DNA from: a virus
DNA: 64,000 bases
Direction: 5' to 3' (one strand)
IMG/VR virus record: IMGVR_UViG_3300005827_000042
Location: 1 to 64,000 of that record
The translations under genes and the position numbers were made by a program. The notes beneath the pieces were generated by a model. It did not search any database and was not told the DNA's origin. It saw only the letters and a list, made by a program, of their open reading frames with translations. Shown piece by piece: positions 37,109 to 46,723 of this stretch. Positions within the stretch are counted from its first letter, which is position 1, and every line of letters starts with the position of its first letter.

Positions 37109-38275
37109 TTACACAATGCGAGCGCAGGTCGTGGAGAGAGAGATCGACGCACGCTTATTATACACCGACTGAGCGCACTTGGCCTTGATAACAAGAGCCG
37201 TCTTCGCCCAAATCTGGAAGCTAATAGCGGTGCAGCCGGGGGCCAGATCACGGAAAGCCAGGGGGATCTGAGTAATCTTGTAGACCAGCGGTTCACCATT
37301 GTGAGTCATGCGCAGCGGATACAGAGCAGACTGCACAGCGCCTCCACCAACGTTGGTGATCGGGAAGTTCGCATCGGCCACAACCATCAGGCGACCAACA
37401 CCCGTGTAAACCTCACCAGCGAAGTTGAAGCCGGGGATAATGCGATCCTGCTTGGTGGCGTTGATAACCTGACTACCCTGGAAACCGAGCTGGAAGTAAC
37501 TGGACAGCATGGCCTGGATCATCTGCGGGTGGCCGAAGATGTGGGTAGGTTTGGCACAACCTTCAGCGAGGAAGGCATCGAATTCATTGGCCGAGAACGT
37601 TCCACTAATGCCGGATACCGCATTAGCATGGGCACCATTGGCCGCAGTAACCTGGGTGACAATACCATCGAAGTGCAGGGCGTTCACGCTATCGTCGCCG
37701 TTGACCAGCAGGTTGTCCCAGCCGTTCATGACCAGAGTAGCGCCAAGCTGCATTTCCTTGGCCTTCAGATCAGCGATCATACCCAGATAACCGGCACCAG
37801 CATCAGAGCCACCGGGCATACCTTCACCAGCCACGAAACCGGGGGCCAGTTTGGTGATACCATACCCAGCGCTCATCGAAGCGACGCTGTGCATAATATC
37901 AGAGATGCCGAGGGATTTCTTCGCGCCAATGTTCTTCAAATCGACGTAGGAATTGTCCCCATCGTGGGTATACTCTTCCGGACAGCCGTAGTCGGCAAAG
38001 CCGATGTACGAGCCGCTGACGGTGAAGTTCAGTTCGTTCAGTTCACGCCAGGTGTAGGTTTTCAGCCCGGTCATGATTTCAGGAATGGCCCGCCAGGTGT
38101 TGAGTTCCTCGCACATCGTAACCAGTTCCGTGGTATCCAACGGATTCGGGAACTGAGCAGCGAAGTCAGCGGGGAGTCCAGCATTCGCAATAACGGGATC
38201 GGCGGCGCGGCTAACAAAAGCCTGCTCATTAGGGGCATCAGCGCCAAGGTTCAGTACAACTTCAGCATTAGGCAT
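37109..38275 (-). CDS. major capsid protein (HK97-fold type)
   Basis: 388 aa. Follows the protease/scaffold gene, has strong codon bias with higher GC, and is followed by a terminator. Assignment by composition and position. Confidence 0.8.
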   Translation of the reverse strand: MPNAEVVLNLGADAPNEQAFVSRAADPVIANAGLPADFAAQFPNPLDTTELVTMCEELNTWRAIPEIMTGLKTYTWRELNELNFTVSGSYIGFADYGCPEEYTHDGDNSYVDLKNIGAKKSLGISDIMHSVASMSAGYGITKLAPGFVAGEGMPGGSDAGAGYLGMIADLKAKEMQLGATLVMNGWDNLLVNGDDSVNALHFDGIVTQVTAANGAHANAVSGISGTFSANEFDAFLAEGCAKPTHIFGHPQMIQAMLSSYFQLGFQGSQVINATKQDRIIPGFNFAGEVYTGVGRLMVVADANFPITNVGGGAVQSALYPLRMTHNGEPLVYKITQIPLAFRDLAPGCTAISFQIWAKTALVIKAKCAQSVYNKRASISLSTTCARIV

Positions 38276-38334
38276 GGTATATCTCCTTGATTGATCTTCG
38301 CGCCGCCAATTGGCTTAACCGCTGTTTGAATGGT

Positions 38335-39648
38335 TTAGTGAACAGAGCGTGCAGCTAATTCCTTGATAGACATGGGTTTCTGCATACTAGACTGGGCGGT
38401 AGGGATTGTAGATCGCTCAACCTGGATACCACGGGGAGCAGGCACATCTTCGGAAGCTGTCTTCTTTCCAACCGTAGCGGCCTGGGATTTCAGAATGGTA
38501 ATTTCAGTGGAGATGCCCTCAACACGCGTCAGAAGATTCTCAATCGAGGTCTTCATGGCAACCACGGCCTTGTACATATCAGCCATCTCCGTTGAAGTAA
38601 CCGCATCCGATTTCTGGGCGGTGAATTCGTCCTGAACAGACTTGGCTACAAGTTCAAAGTCACTCTGCAACTCAGGCAGCGCCTGTTCAGCTGGGAGTGA
38701 TTTCAGTTCAAGAATGTGGGCGCGAAGTTTATCAATGGCAATATCGAAACTAGACTTTGCCACCTGCATCTCAGGTTCCTTTGCAGGAACGGCCGCAGAC
38801 TTCTCTTCTTCTTTCGCAGCACAAGCCTTACAGGTGCACCCATCCTTGCCGGTACATTCGTCTTCCTTGCTGGGGTCGGCCTTTTCAACGATCAAGTCGC
38901 TATTGCCAGCTTCAGGCAACTCAGTCTTATTCACTTCGAGTTCCTGAGCAAGAGCCTTCCCAACAATGGATTCCGCATCCTCTTCACGAGTGGTAATATC
39001 AGTGTCAGATTTCGCCATTAGTACCTCTGTGTTCGTTCTGGGGTTCATCGGTTTGCGTGTTAATGCAAAGTGAACCAATTGACCTTTTAGGTAAACTTTA
39101 TTGCCTACCTTATTCTCACACATAGGGCACCGTTTTTCAAGGGTAGTCCGCTCAAAAACATAGTCACCATGACTATGTGCTAAGTCAATAAACCCAATCG
39201 ATACCCGGATCTTTTCCTTGTACGGAGACGTGCCGTCTATGTCAGATTTCAGAGCCTGAAACACTGCCCTACCTAGTTCCGTATCTCTACATACAGCGGT
39301 GGCTTTCAGACAATTACCATCTACATAAACTTTCTCAGTGTCGGCGGGAATGTTCCTACCAGCAACCCCAGATTTGATATGAGAGATTGAGACATACGGC
39401 ATCCCACCATCCCACCCGGATTTCTCATGTAGGAATGATTTGAACTGAACAGGTACTTCCGCCTTATTCTCGATACGAGACATAAAATCATAGAACAACT
39501 CGAGGGACATGCTATCACTAGCCAAGTCGGGCTTAGTATCTGACCCTACCAACCTAAAACGCATGGTCCTGGTAGTGGGATCATAACTGGCCTTGGTAAT
39601 AGCCATTGATTGTTCTACGATAGCTTCAGGTACTGGTGACTGTCCCAT
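38335..39648 (-). CDS. prohead protease fused to scaffolding domain
   Basis: N-terminal half has S78-like landmarks (DSMSLELFYDF, VSISH, VSIGF). C-terminal half is a charged coiled coil typical of scaffolds. Between the portal and capsid genes. Confidence 0.55.
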   Translation of the reverse strand: MGQSPVPEAIVEQSMAITKASYDPTTRTMRFRLVGSDTKPDLASDSMSLELFYDFMSRIENKAEVPVQFKSFLHEKSGWDGGMPYVSISHIKSGVAGRNIPADTEKVYVDGNCLKATAVCRDTELGRAVFQALKSDIDGTSPYKEKIRVSIGFIDLAHSHGDYVFERTTLEKRCPMCENKVGNKVYLKGQLVHFALTRKPMNPRTNTEVLMAKSDTDITTREEDAESIVGKALAQELEVNKTELPEAGNSDLIVEKADPSKEDECTGKDGCTCKACAAKEEEKSAAVPAKEPEMQVAKSSFDIAIDKLRAHILELKSLPAEQALPELQSDFELVAKSVQDEFTAQKSDAVTSTEMADMYKAVVAMKTSIENLLTRVEGISTEITILKSQAATVGKKTASEDVPAPRGIQVERSTIPTAQSSMQKPMSIKELAARSVH

Positions 39649-39654
39649 ACTCTC

Positions 39655-39972
39655 CTACAAGTCAAAGTTTCCGTATTTCAGTTTTAGTCCCAAGAAAAAT
39701 ATGTGGGAGAAGAAGGAAAACATTGCCGCTACTGCGGCCTCACTTACCACAGGAACATAGATTACAAAGTTTGGTGTGGAAACCCCATAGAAACAGCAAA
39801 GGGCGAAATATACCCAACACCCCAAACACAGATCGCAAGCAACCAAACCACCAAAGTACCCAACCACATCTTCACGATCTTTTAGTTTGGACAGGCGTTG
39901 GGATGGCGGTAGAACCATAATCAAGTATGTTAGCAGACGCCCTACCGCCAATACCCACACCCACGTAATCAC
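39655..39972 (-). CDS. polytopic small membrane protein
   Basis: 105 aa with 3-4 hydrophobic helices, located between the portal and the protease. Confidence 0.45.
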   Translation of the reverse strand: MITWVWVLAVGRLLTYLIMVLPPSQRLSKLKDREDVVGYFGGLVACDLCLGCWVYFALCCFYGVSTPNFVIYVPVVSEAAVAAMFSFFSHIFFLGLKLKYGNFDL

Positions 39973-39975
39973 GGC

Positions 39976-40170
39976 CTACTTCACCAGGACGTGAACCACG
40001 AAGAAACCGGATTTGGTGATATCGCTAACGGTGGTACTGACAAGGGTATAACCCTGTTCCAGATACCCACTGACAACTCCCTCGGCCTCGGCAGGGGAAA
40101 GGCCACCCGTACCGGGGTCAACCGTAATAGGGAACTGGAGGTATTTGATCGCACTTTTAGTAGCAGGCAT
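39976..40170 (-). CDS. hypothetical protein
   Basis: 64 aa. ATG overlaps the portal stop. Confidence 0.45.
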   Translation of the reverse strand: MPATKSAIKYLQFPITVDPGTGGLSPAEAEGVVSGYLEQGYTLVSTTVSDITKSGFFVVHVLVK

Positions 40171-41903
40171 TAGACATTCTCCTTATTTGTTTCAATAGAT
40201 GTTTCCACAATTTCATCAAACAAGTTACGAACGTTGTCTGTAACTGTGGTCAGTAAAGTATCATACACAACAGCGTCACTAAAATCAACCCCAACGTTGT
40301 CGGCTAGCAGCGTATCTTTCAGAGTAAGGAGGATAATTTTCTCAATTACCTTCTCTGCAACCATAAGAGACTTTTCTTCCACGCCTTCCACCTGCAACCA
40401 CCCATCTGCTGTAACTTCTCCAGGGTTAAGATTCTCCTCGACTGCCTTTCGTGCATCATGAAGGTTGTCCTCACCATAGATACTGCGCAGAGCAATGAAG
40501 TCATCTATAGTTTCAGCTAAAATTTTGGAGACTACTGCCTTTACAACCTCGAAGTTGGTCCTATCAACAAAGGACTTACGAACTTCACCCTGCCCGCCCA
40601 TTGAAGGGGCTACTGGATGTCCAAGCACATTTCCAGTCTTTACTCCCGTGGATGTTTCTGGCGTAGCCTGTGTACCGTCGTCAGGTATATCCTCTGGCAT
40701 GGAGATAGTGAACATGCCATCAGCAATAAGCTGCTGACGCCCTTCCTTTGCAGTAATCATGCCAGTATCTTTATAAATCTTGAACGCAGTAGCATTAGCA
40801 AGGCGAGCACGGCCAAGAGCAATATTGACCTCATCGTCGTAATCGATCCAGTTGAACTGAAGCATGGGGGGTAGAATCTGCTCAAAGTAGAACTTGAGCT
40901 TTTTCTTCAGTCGAGCAAATCCAGTCTTACGAGTTTTGCGCTCACTACGGATTGTACCTGCCAACGTTTCCCCGCCATTCGATGTAGTAGAGATACCAAT
41001 GTCAGACAGGGACATACCATATGCAGCAGCCACCAAACCGGCGTACTTTAGGGTGATGCGGTCAAACATAATATCATTCGGAACCTTACCGAATGGAACA
41101 AACTTTATCTCATTCTGGTGCTCGTACAGAACGGGGATCTTAAAGCTGGCATTCCCACCATTGGCTAAAAGATCGCGGTAGGCATCCACCCACTCCAAGG
41201 CGCTGTCCTTCTCCATGTCACCCAGGTCAAGAATACCGGTGGTGGGAATATCCAGCAGCAGGTTGGCATAGTACACATCACCACGAGCCAGCATATTGAG
41301 GGCGAGGAAGATAGTTTCAGGAGGGGCAATACCCCACCCCTTATACTCTATACGCGGGCGCGGGCGCATATACACGCGAGAGATGGCGTGTTTCGGGAAA
41401 GCAATCTGCTGACCAAGGTAATACTGAACCACCGGAAATTCATGATTCAGTGTTGGGTAGAGAGTGCCAGCATCAAGCGGTTCGATCCACATAACACGCC
41501 CGTTTTCACTGTCACCCTTACGGCCAATCTCAGCCGCCCCACCAAATGGGGTATCAAGCAAATCACCGGCTATCCACTCAACGTGGGAGGTGTAGTCCAG
41601 TGCTGACCCGTAACCGGACCGCTCAAGCAGTCGGGTATAGTGATTGATTGTGCCAGCCAACTCATCCTGTAACTTGGAATCACGAACAGTTATCTTCCAA
41701 TCCAGAGAGAGGATGGAAGAAATCAATGTGTCCCTACAAGTCGTAGCCACGGGCTGTGCCCCAACAATGTTACGCCAAGCATTGGCATCCACATTGGGGG
41801 GCTGATTGAAGCCAGGGGTGAAACGAGCTAAATAGGCATCACTAATATCAAGGCTACGCTGCCCCGGATTTTTGGTACTAGAAATGTTTACGATTTCTGG
41901 CAT
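40170..41903 (-). CDS. portal protein
   Basis: 577 aa immediately downstream of the large terminase. Size and position based. Confidence 0.8.
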   Translation of the reverse strand: MPEIVNISSTKNPGQRSLDISDAYLARFTPGFNQPPNVDANAWRNIVGAQPVATTCRDTLISSILSLDWKITVRDSKLQDELAGTINHYTRLLERSGYGSALDYTSHVEWIAGDLLDTPFGGAAEIGRKGDSENGRVMWIEPLDAGTLYPTLNHEFPVVQYYLGQQIAFPKHAISRVYMRPRPRIEYKGWGIAPPETIFLALNMLARGDVYYANLLLDIPTTGILDLGDMEKDSALEWVDAYRDLLANGGNASFKIPVLYEHQNEIKFVPFGKVPNDIMFDRITLKYAGLVAAAYGMSLSDIGISTTSNGGETLAGTIRSERKTRKTGFARLKKKLKFYFEQILPPMLQFNWIDYDDEVNIALGRARLANATAFKIYKDTGMITAKEGRQQLIADGMFTISMPEDIPDDGTQATPETSTGVKTGNVLGHPVAPSMGGQGEVRKSFVDRTNFEVVKAVVSKILAETIDDFIALRSIYGEDNLHDARKAVEENLNPGEVTADGWLQVEGVEEKSLMVAEKVIEKIILLTLKDTLLADNVGVDFSDAVVYDTLLTTVTDNVRNLFDEIVETSIETNKENV

Positions 41904-41939
41904 GGCAACTCCTGTAAGTCATATAAGGAGTATTTTACA

Positions 41940-41954
41940 TTGACACAGTGTCAA
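41940..41954. promoter_or_regulatory. 15-bp perfect palindrome TTGACAC-A-GTGTCAA between terL and portal
   Basis: Read directly. Shares the ACAC-N-GTGT core with the TTACAC[C/G]GTGTAA family. Confidence 0.4.
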
Positions 41955-41973
41955 TATCTACCCCAGCACATTT

Positions 41974-43488
41974 TTATCTCGTCAGGGCTACAAACGGAAC
42001 CCTACTCCACCGCTTGAAGATGGGCGATAACCAGCGAATGGCCCCACTCGCTGAAGTCACTCTATCATCATGAAGCATGATTGTGAAATCGTCCACCTGT
42101 TCCGTAAACTGTTTATTCCAGAACTCATTCTCAATCATGTACATATTACCAGAATTGGCATAACCAAACCAAGTATATGCTTCCTGAACCCGATCCGTTG
42201 GTAGTTGTCGCTCAACCTTGTAATATTTCAACTCTGGATACTTGGGATTATCTCGGAAGAATAACTCGATTTCTGCACACTGATTCTTTCCACCAGACCC
42301 AGGCTCTTGTTCGATAACCACTGTAACGTTAGGACCATCCTTGACGGCAGTCTCAGCGATAATATCTTTCAGTTTGTCCCATGACCACCACCCTCCCACC
42401 TGATCCATAATGCAATACTTTGGATCGCGCTCGTCAGACACGAGAACCCGAGTACCTACCGCCTCGTCTGGATCATTCAACTTTCCATTCTTTTGTTTCT
42501 TCTCGGTACCAGCCATGTCCCAATACCTGCATTGCTTCCCCCACTTCCACCCTTCCGGGACATCAGTGACTTTCTGTATCTTGGAACTATCACCGATTCG
42601 CCCACCGTCCTCCACAAAGTTACCATTCAACTCACGCTCACGGAGTCCACCAGAATGGTAGGTAGCTAACAGGGTGGCGTAAAACATCGGATCAAGATTA
42701 TCCGAATTCTCCTGAGTGGAAAGATGGAAAGTCTGAACAAAGTCATCCACATCCTGACCCAGCAGGCCAAATGCGTCAATGGCATCCTGCGGAATTTCTT
42801 TTTCGATGAAGAATTTGTAAGACCAGTGGGATGGCGGTTTGGCGGTTTGGGTACACCATGCCTGGGGATTGTTTCCAATACGAATGGATGGAATGATGAG
42901 TTTCCAGGCCATGCCCGTCTCATCTCTACCACTCTCGTCATACCATACCCAGTTCAGGTTAGGGCCACGAGCGCTGTCCGGATCTTTCAACCCTTTGCAG
43001 TATACGCGGGCACCATTCAGAAACACCATAACAAACGGTTTAGTTGGTTGCCACGCCTCACTCTCACGATTACGTTGAGATGGAACTACCATCTCCCAAG
43101 GTATCCACTCTTTGAATTCCGGCCATGTAGAAAGACAGAAGTTTTCAAAGTCAGGATTGATGACCGCCCCATTCTGTCCTTGCCTGATTTTCTTTATAGC
43201 TTTTTGAGCGCCTGAACAACTTTTTCCGCTACCCCGACCCCCATAGAACATGGCAAATTTTGCTTCAGACTTTACGAATGCTTCCTGCTCAGGTTTGGGG
43301 TTGTATCTACGTCCCCTCCGAGAAAGAAAGTAGCCACGCTCATCAATGGGCCACTCAAGTGCCCGTTGTGCCATGGCTTCTTTTGGTATCTCAGGTATCT
43401 TGATACCTCGTGCTTGTAACTCTCCAGCTACAAGCACGAGCATTTTCTTTTCTTCAGCGCTAAGTGGTTTTATCGTCGCTAGGGGCAT
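41974..43488 (-). CDS. terminase large subunit
   Basis: Walker A YGGRGSGKS, Walker B-like WVWYDESG. 504 aa. Confidence 0.9.
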   Translation of the reverse strand: MPLATIKPLSAEEKKMLVLVAGELQARGIKIPEIPKEAMAQRALEWPIDERGYFLSRRGRRYNPKPEQEAFVKSEAKFAMFYGGRGSGKSCSGAQKAIKKIRQGQNGAVINPDFENFCLSTWPEFKEWIPWEMVVPSQRNRESEAWQPTKPFVMVFLNGARVYCKGLKDPDSARGPNLNWVWYDESGRDETGMAWKLIIPSIRIGNNPQAWCTQTAKPPSHWSYKFFIEKEIPQDAIDAFGLLGQDVDDFVQTFHLSTQENSDNLDPMFYATLLATYHSGGLRERELNGNFVEDGGRIGDSSKIQKVTDVPEGWKWGKQCRYWDMAGTEKKQKNGKLNDPDEAVGTRVLVSDERDPKYCIMDQVGGWWSWDKLKDIIAETAVKDGPNVTVVIEQEPGSGGKNQCAEIELFFRDNPKYPELKYYKVERQLPTDRVQEAYTWFGYANSGNMYMIENEFWNKQFTEQVDDFTIMLHDDRVTSASGAIRWLSPIFKRWSRVPFVALTR

Positions 43489-44026
43489 TATCCAACTCCT
43501 CAGATTCTGCCGTTACTATATCATCACCATCTTCAGGATTCAATCCTTTCGTGCGGGCCAGAAGTCTGTTCATAGTCTTTTGAAGGTCATCGTCTGACAT
43601 ACTAAATACTTGAGTCAGAGCAACCTCCATACCAGTGGATTTCTTTTCCTCTTCAAATGCCTTGAATGCAGCGGAGACGGCGGACGCAGAGCTATCAAAC
43701 CCAGTATCACGAAGATACTCAAATGCCATTTCACCAATCTGCTGGGCGCGTTCTGCATGACGTTTCATCATCTTCATGCGGATGTTTACAAGTTCACGAT
43801 CAGTCTTTTGCTGCACCTCAGCCTGGATAGCCAGGTCGCGTGATTCCCAAGCATATCGAGATTTCCATGCTGACAGTGTGCTCGGTTCTGGCTTATTGCC
43901 TTCCTCATCTGGATCGATCATCGTATACAGTACACCCATGTTTGGCTTGTTGTTCATCTGCCAAACTGCGAATACTGATTCTACGTACAGGGGGCTATAC
44001 TCGTTATTGAATCTAGACTTCGGCAT
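43460..44026 (-). CDS. terminase small subunit (putative)
   Basis: 188 aa directly upstream of and overlapping terL. Acidic C-terminus. Position-based call. Confidence 0.55.
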   Translation of the reverse strand: MPKSRFNNEYSPLYVESVFAVWQMNNKPNMGVLYTMIDPDEEGNKPEPSTLSAWKSRYAWESRDLAIQAEVQQKTDRELVNIRMKMMKRHAERAQQIGEMAFEYLRDTGFDSSASAVSAAFKAFEEEKKSTGMEVALTQVFSMSDDDLQKTMNRLLARTKGLNPEDGDDIVTAESEELDNAPSDDKTT

Positions 44027-44327
44027 CTTTACCCCAATTCAGATACTCTTCGTATCTACCAATGGATGTGAGGTATTTTTTGATTATCTCAGTCCATTCA
44101 GCGATATTCTTCTTTGATGCCCCCAGATTGTGATATTCAATATGACAGTAGTAGCAGATAGCAGTGCGGTTCTGCATACGTAGTGTGTGGGTTCCACGGC
44201 TACGAGGTTCTAACTCATGAACCGTGGAGTACCCACGACGACACTTTGGACACCGGCCGTTGAATATTTCTACAACTTCATCAACGGATGGATAACGCAT
44301 ACTGTTTTGCGATTCCTTCAAGATCAT
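44013..44327 (-). CDS. HNH endonuclease (terminase-associated)
   Basis: CPKC..VHELEPRSRG..CYYCHIEYHN (HNH with a Cys4 zinc site). Adjacent to the terminase genes. Confidence 0.75.
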   Translation of the reverse strand: MILKESQNSMRYPSVDEVVEIFNGRCPKCRRGYSTVHELEPRSRGTHTLRMQNRTAICYYCHIEYHNLGASKKNIAEWTEIIKKYLTSIGRYEEYLNWGKDAEV

Positions 44328-44664
44328 GTTGGCGAATCCATTTCAGATAACCAGCCGAGGTAAAGACTCGCATGGCATGGGCGATAAGTTCCAGATTCCA
44401 CATATCCCGGGTAAGAACCTCACCAGAGGCGGCACGGGATTTCCGCTCAAGTTCAAAGCTTTCCTCTGGATGGCGGCAGCACCAGCGCCATACGGCCATC
44501 GCAATAGCCGGGCGGCTAATCTCCCGCCCTGTACGTGGGCTACGAATACCCTCGGTGGTAAGTTTGGCCTGCACACGTGCAAGGGTTTTCAGTTCAAGCC
44601 ACAGACGGTTACAATACTCACCGTCCAGAACTCGTATATCACTGGGTAACTTTCCTTTGGTCAT
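44281..44664 (-). CDS. hypothetical protein (possible DNA-binding)
   Basis: 127-aa basic ORF. Confidence 0.45.
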   Translation of the reverse strand: MTKGKLPSDIRVLDGEYCNRLWLELKTLARVQAKLTTEGIRSPRTGREISRPAIAMAVWRWCCRHPEESFELERKSRAASGEVLTRDMWNLELIAHAMRVFTSAGYLKWIRQHDLEGIAKQYALSIR

Positions 44665-44666
44665 TC

Positions 44667-44873
44667 TTACTTCCTTTCCTCATCTTGAATAGCAATGTCG
44701 ATATAGTATTGAGCCTTTTTCAGATCCTCAAGTCTGGTGGATGTTGACTTATATCCAGCACGCCACACGTACTTGATTACATTTCCTAGAACGAAATCAA
44801 AGTGCTTTACAACTTCCATGCACTCAATTCCGAACCAGTTATAGTGGGTTGGGTGCTCTATGTTATTTCCCAT
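44667..44873 (-). CDS. DUF3310-family protein
   Basis: HPTHY...GNVIKYVWRAGYK...DLKKAQYY pattern, 68 aa. Confidence 0.6.
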   Translation of the reverse strand: MGNNIEHPTHYNWFGIECMEVVKHFDFVLGNVIKYVWRAGYKSTSTRLEDLKKAQYYIDIAIQDEERK

Positions 44874-45228
44874 CTTTCACGTCCACGCGATCAATACTGT
44901 CTTGCACGGTAAATCCATTCGGATACCTGGTCTGAAGTTTCGTGATATTTTCGACCATTACTTCCCCAAGATCAATACCACAAGCGGTACAAATACAAGC
45001 CAGATACCAACACACGTCACCAAGTTCCTTACGAAGAGGTGCAAGGTCGAAATTACCATCAAGATGGAAAATCCCCTTTTTCACAACCTCTGCCACCTCT
45101 CCCGCCTCACCACATAGCCCGATGGTACCAACAATCAGGGAGATTTCCTCGGGGGAGACGTCAAAATTTTCGTAACTACGCATGGTACGAGCGGCCATGG
45201 TTTGATAAAGTTCAGCGGTCATCGGCAT
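44863..45228 (-). CDS. MazG-like nucleotide pyrophosphohydrolase
   Basis: GLCGEAGEVAEVVKK, ELGDVCWY, NITKLQTRYPNGF motifs. Confidence 0.8.
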   Translation of the reverse strand: MPMTAELYQTMAARTMRSYENFDVSPEEISLIVGTIGLCGEAGEVAEVVKKGIFHLDGNFDLAPLRKELGDVCWYLACICTACGIDLGEVMVENITKLQTRYPNGFTVQDSIDRVDVKDGK

Positions 45229-45283
45229 AGCATTTCTCCTTATGTTGCTATTGTATCAAAGTGACAGAATTATGTCAAGTGAC

Positions 45284-45481
45284 TTAATGTGGTTTGCTGC
45301 TCCACACACTCATCTTCGAGCACATTTGACAGAACACCACCACATGAGGTGTGTTAGGTGAGTGGGTACAGAGATGCTCTGTTTCCTTACGACAGATTGG
45401 GCAATACTGTAAGCTGATCCAGTTATCCAGAAGTGTGCGCCTTCTCCCAGAATCCGCTGTACTCAAGTTCAAATTGTTCAT
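45284..45481 (-). CDS. hypothetical zinc-ribbon protein
   Basis: 65 aa. CPIC...CQMC. GGAG RBS with 7-nt spacer. Overlaps the upstream ORF by 59 nt. Confidence 0.4.
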   Translation of the reverse strand: MNNLNLSTADSGRRRTLLDNWISLQYCPICRKETEHLCTHSPNTPHVVVFCQMCSKMSVWSSKPH

Positions 45482-45653
45482 TGTCTAACTCCTCGTCACA
45501 CTCATTAAGTCTCACAAGTTGAGTACCAAAACCTTGGTGCCGCACTCTGGTACCGTATTTGGCACATACGTGGGGTTCATCACCTGCCTGCTCGTCTTCT
45601 TTCGGGTGCAGGAACTTGCAATACCGATTACAAAACTTCGGACTGTTCTTCAT
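45423..45653 (-). CDS. hypothetical protein (first gene of the leftward operon)
   Basis: Start set to ATG 45653 (GAGGA RBS) rather than the track's GTG at 45668. Confidence 0.45.
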   Translation of the reverse strand: MKNSPKFCNRYCKFLHPKEDEQAGDEPHVCAKYGTRVRHQGFGTQLVRLNECDEELDNEQFELEYSGFWEKAHTSG

Positions 45654-45746
45654 AGTTCGATCCTCCACACAAGAGTAATACTACATCCATAGTGGAATTC
45701 TACTATTAGAGTTAGATGAAAATAAGGTGTGCGCCAGTCGGCGCGT

Positions 45747-45759
45747 TTACACCGTGTAA
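45747..45759. promoter_or_regulatory. perfect copy of the palindrome TTACACCGTGTAA upstream of the leftward operon
   Basis: Read directly. Adjacent to the GCGCC-agtc-GGCGC hairpin (45731-45744). Confidence 0.55.
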
Positions 45760-45787
45760 ATTGTGTGTTCCAGGGGGGAAGAGCAGA

Positions 45788-45867
45788 AATACTTTTTTGT
45801 GCGCTTAATACTTAATTAACTATTAAATACTTAATATATCTATTAATACTTAAATTAACTACTTAAT
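45788..45867. repeat. AT-rich iteron array, AATACTT repeated with exact 19-bp phasing
   Basis: AATACTT starts at 45788, 45807, 45826 and 45845, plus TACTTAAT at 45860. Lies in the divergent intergenic region 45654-46013. Confidence 0.7.
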
Positions 45868-46013
45868 GTTAATTAATAGATAACTTCCTTTCGTTTTCAC
45901 GAACTCGATTTTATTTACAAATTCGATTTCTGCATAGGGTTAAAATCCCATTCTTAGAAAACACTAATGTGCTGATGTTTTTCTGTGGTAAGATTCTTGT
46001 AAGGAGAATTACT

Positions 46014-46451
46014 ATGTCACGGTCTTACGTTGAAGAAGGTAACGGAATTTACGTAGCCACACACAGAGTATCTAGGTACGAATTTGTAGTGGGCATGGAT
46101 ACTGATTTATATTGGGAGACTATAAAACGCAGGCTGAAAAGCACTGTAGGGGATGTAATTGTCAGTAAGGTGCTGGAATATTCACCTGTTACTGTGTTCT
46201 GTGAATACGTACAGTGGGATGACTATACTTCTGATAATCCAATTGGGGATATTTTTCTCCAACTCAGAGTAAGGCTCTACAAAGTTAATACTGTTGATAT
46301 TGTCATTCCTAAATTTGATGTTAGTTTTGAGATGCCATACGATGCTGAGAGAAAGCCACGTAAGCTGTGCACAGCTTGTGGTAATGTATGGATTCAGAGT
46401 TCTCGTGGCGGGTGCAACTCCTGTGGTGCTCCTGCAAGTTGGACATTCTAA
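46014..46451 (+). CDS. hypothetical protein with C-terminal zinc ribbon
   Basis: Start set to ATG 46014 (AAGGAG RBS). CTACG..(x)..CNSCG at the C-terminus. Confidence 0.55.
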   Translation: MSRSYVEEGNGIYVATHRVSRYEFVVGMDTDLYWETIKRRLKSTVGDVIVSKVLEYSPVTVFCEYVQWDDYTSDNPIGDIFLQLRVRLYKVNTVDIVIPKFDVSFEMPYDAERKPRKLCTACGNVWIQSSRGGCNSCGAPASWTF

Positions 46452-46522
46452 TCATTCTCTCATAAACTATGTCACTCTTAGGTACTATACTTGTGAAAAT
46501 AAAAAATTGTTAGGAGAGAGTT

Positions 46523-46720
46523 ATGGATAAGAATAGAAATCAATTAGTGATTCAGTTGTCTATGTGGATGTTGCGCCTGATTGTGTTAATGGCTGTGGCC
46601 CCATATGTGATACACGTTGGTGACGCGGTTGGGTTTTTTCTTGCAATAATTGACTTTATCGCGTGCTTGGTGTGCGCTTTATACATTTCCGCATACGCGT
46701 ATCTTTTGACTTCGAGGTGA
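46523..46720 (+). CDS. small two-TM membrane protein
   Basis: 65 aa with two hydrophobic helices. AGGAGAG RBS. Confidence 0.5.
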   Translation: MDKNRNQLVIQLSMWMLRLIVLMAVAPYVIHVGDAVGFFLAIIDFIACLVCALYISAYAYLLTSR

Positions 46721-46723
46721 TTT

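Noticed and set aside
37049-38290. 413-aa + strand ORF spanning the whole capsid locus
   Set aside because: It is antisense to a well-supported, codon-biased capsid gene. Its translation is low-complexity (Gly/Arg/Ser/Val-rich) and it has no RBS. This is a typical long antisense frame of a GC-richer gene.
45788-45867. CRISPR-like array interpretation of the 19-bp-phased repeats
   Set aside because: The repeat units are only 7-11 bp and AT-rich, with no spacer-like unique segments of CRISPR size and no cas genes. Iterons are the better description.
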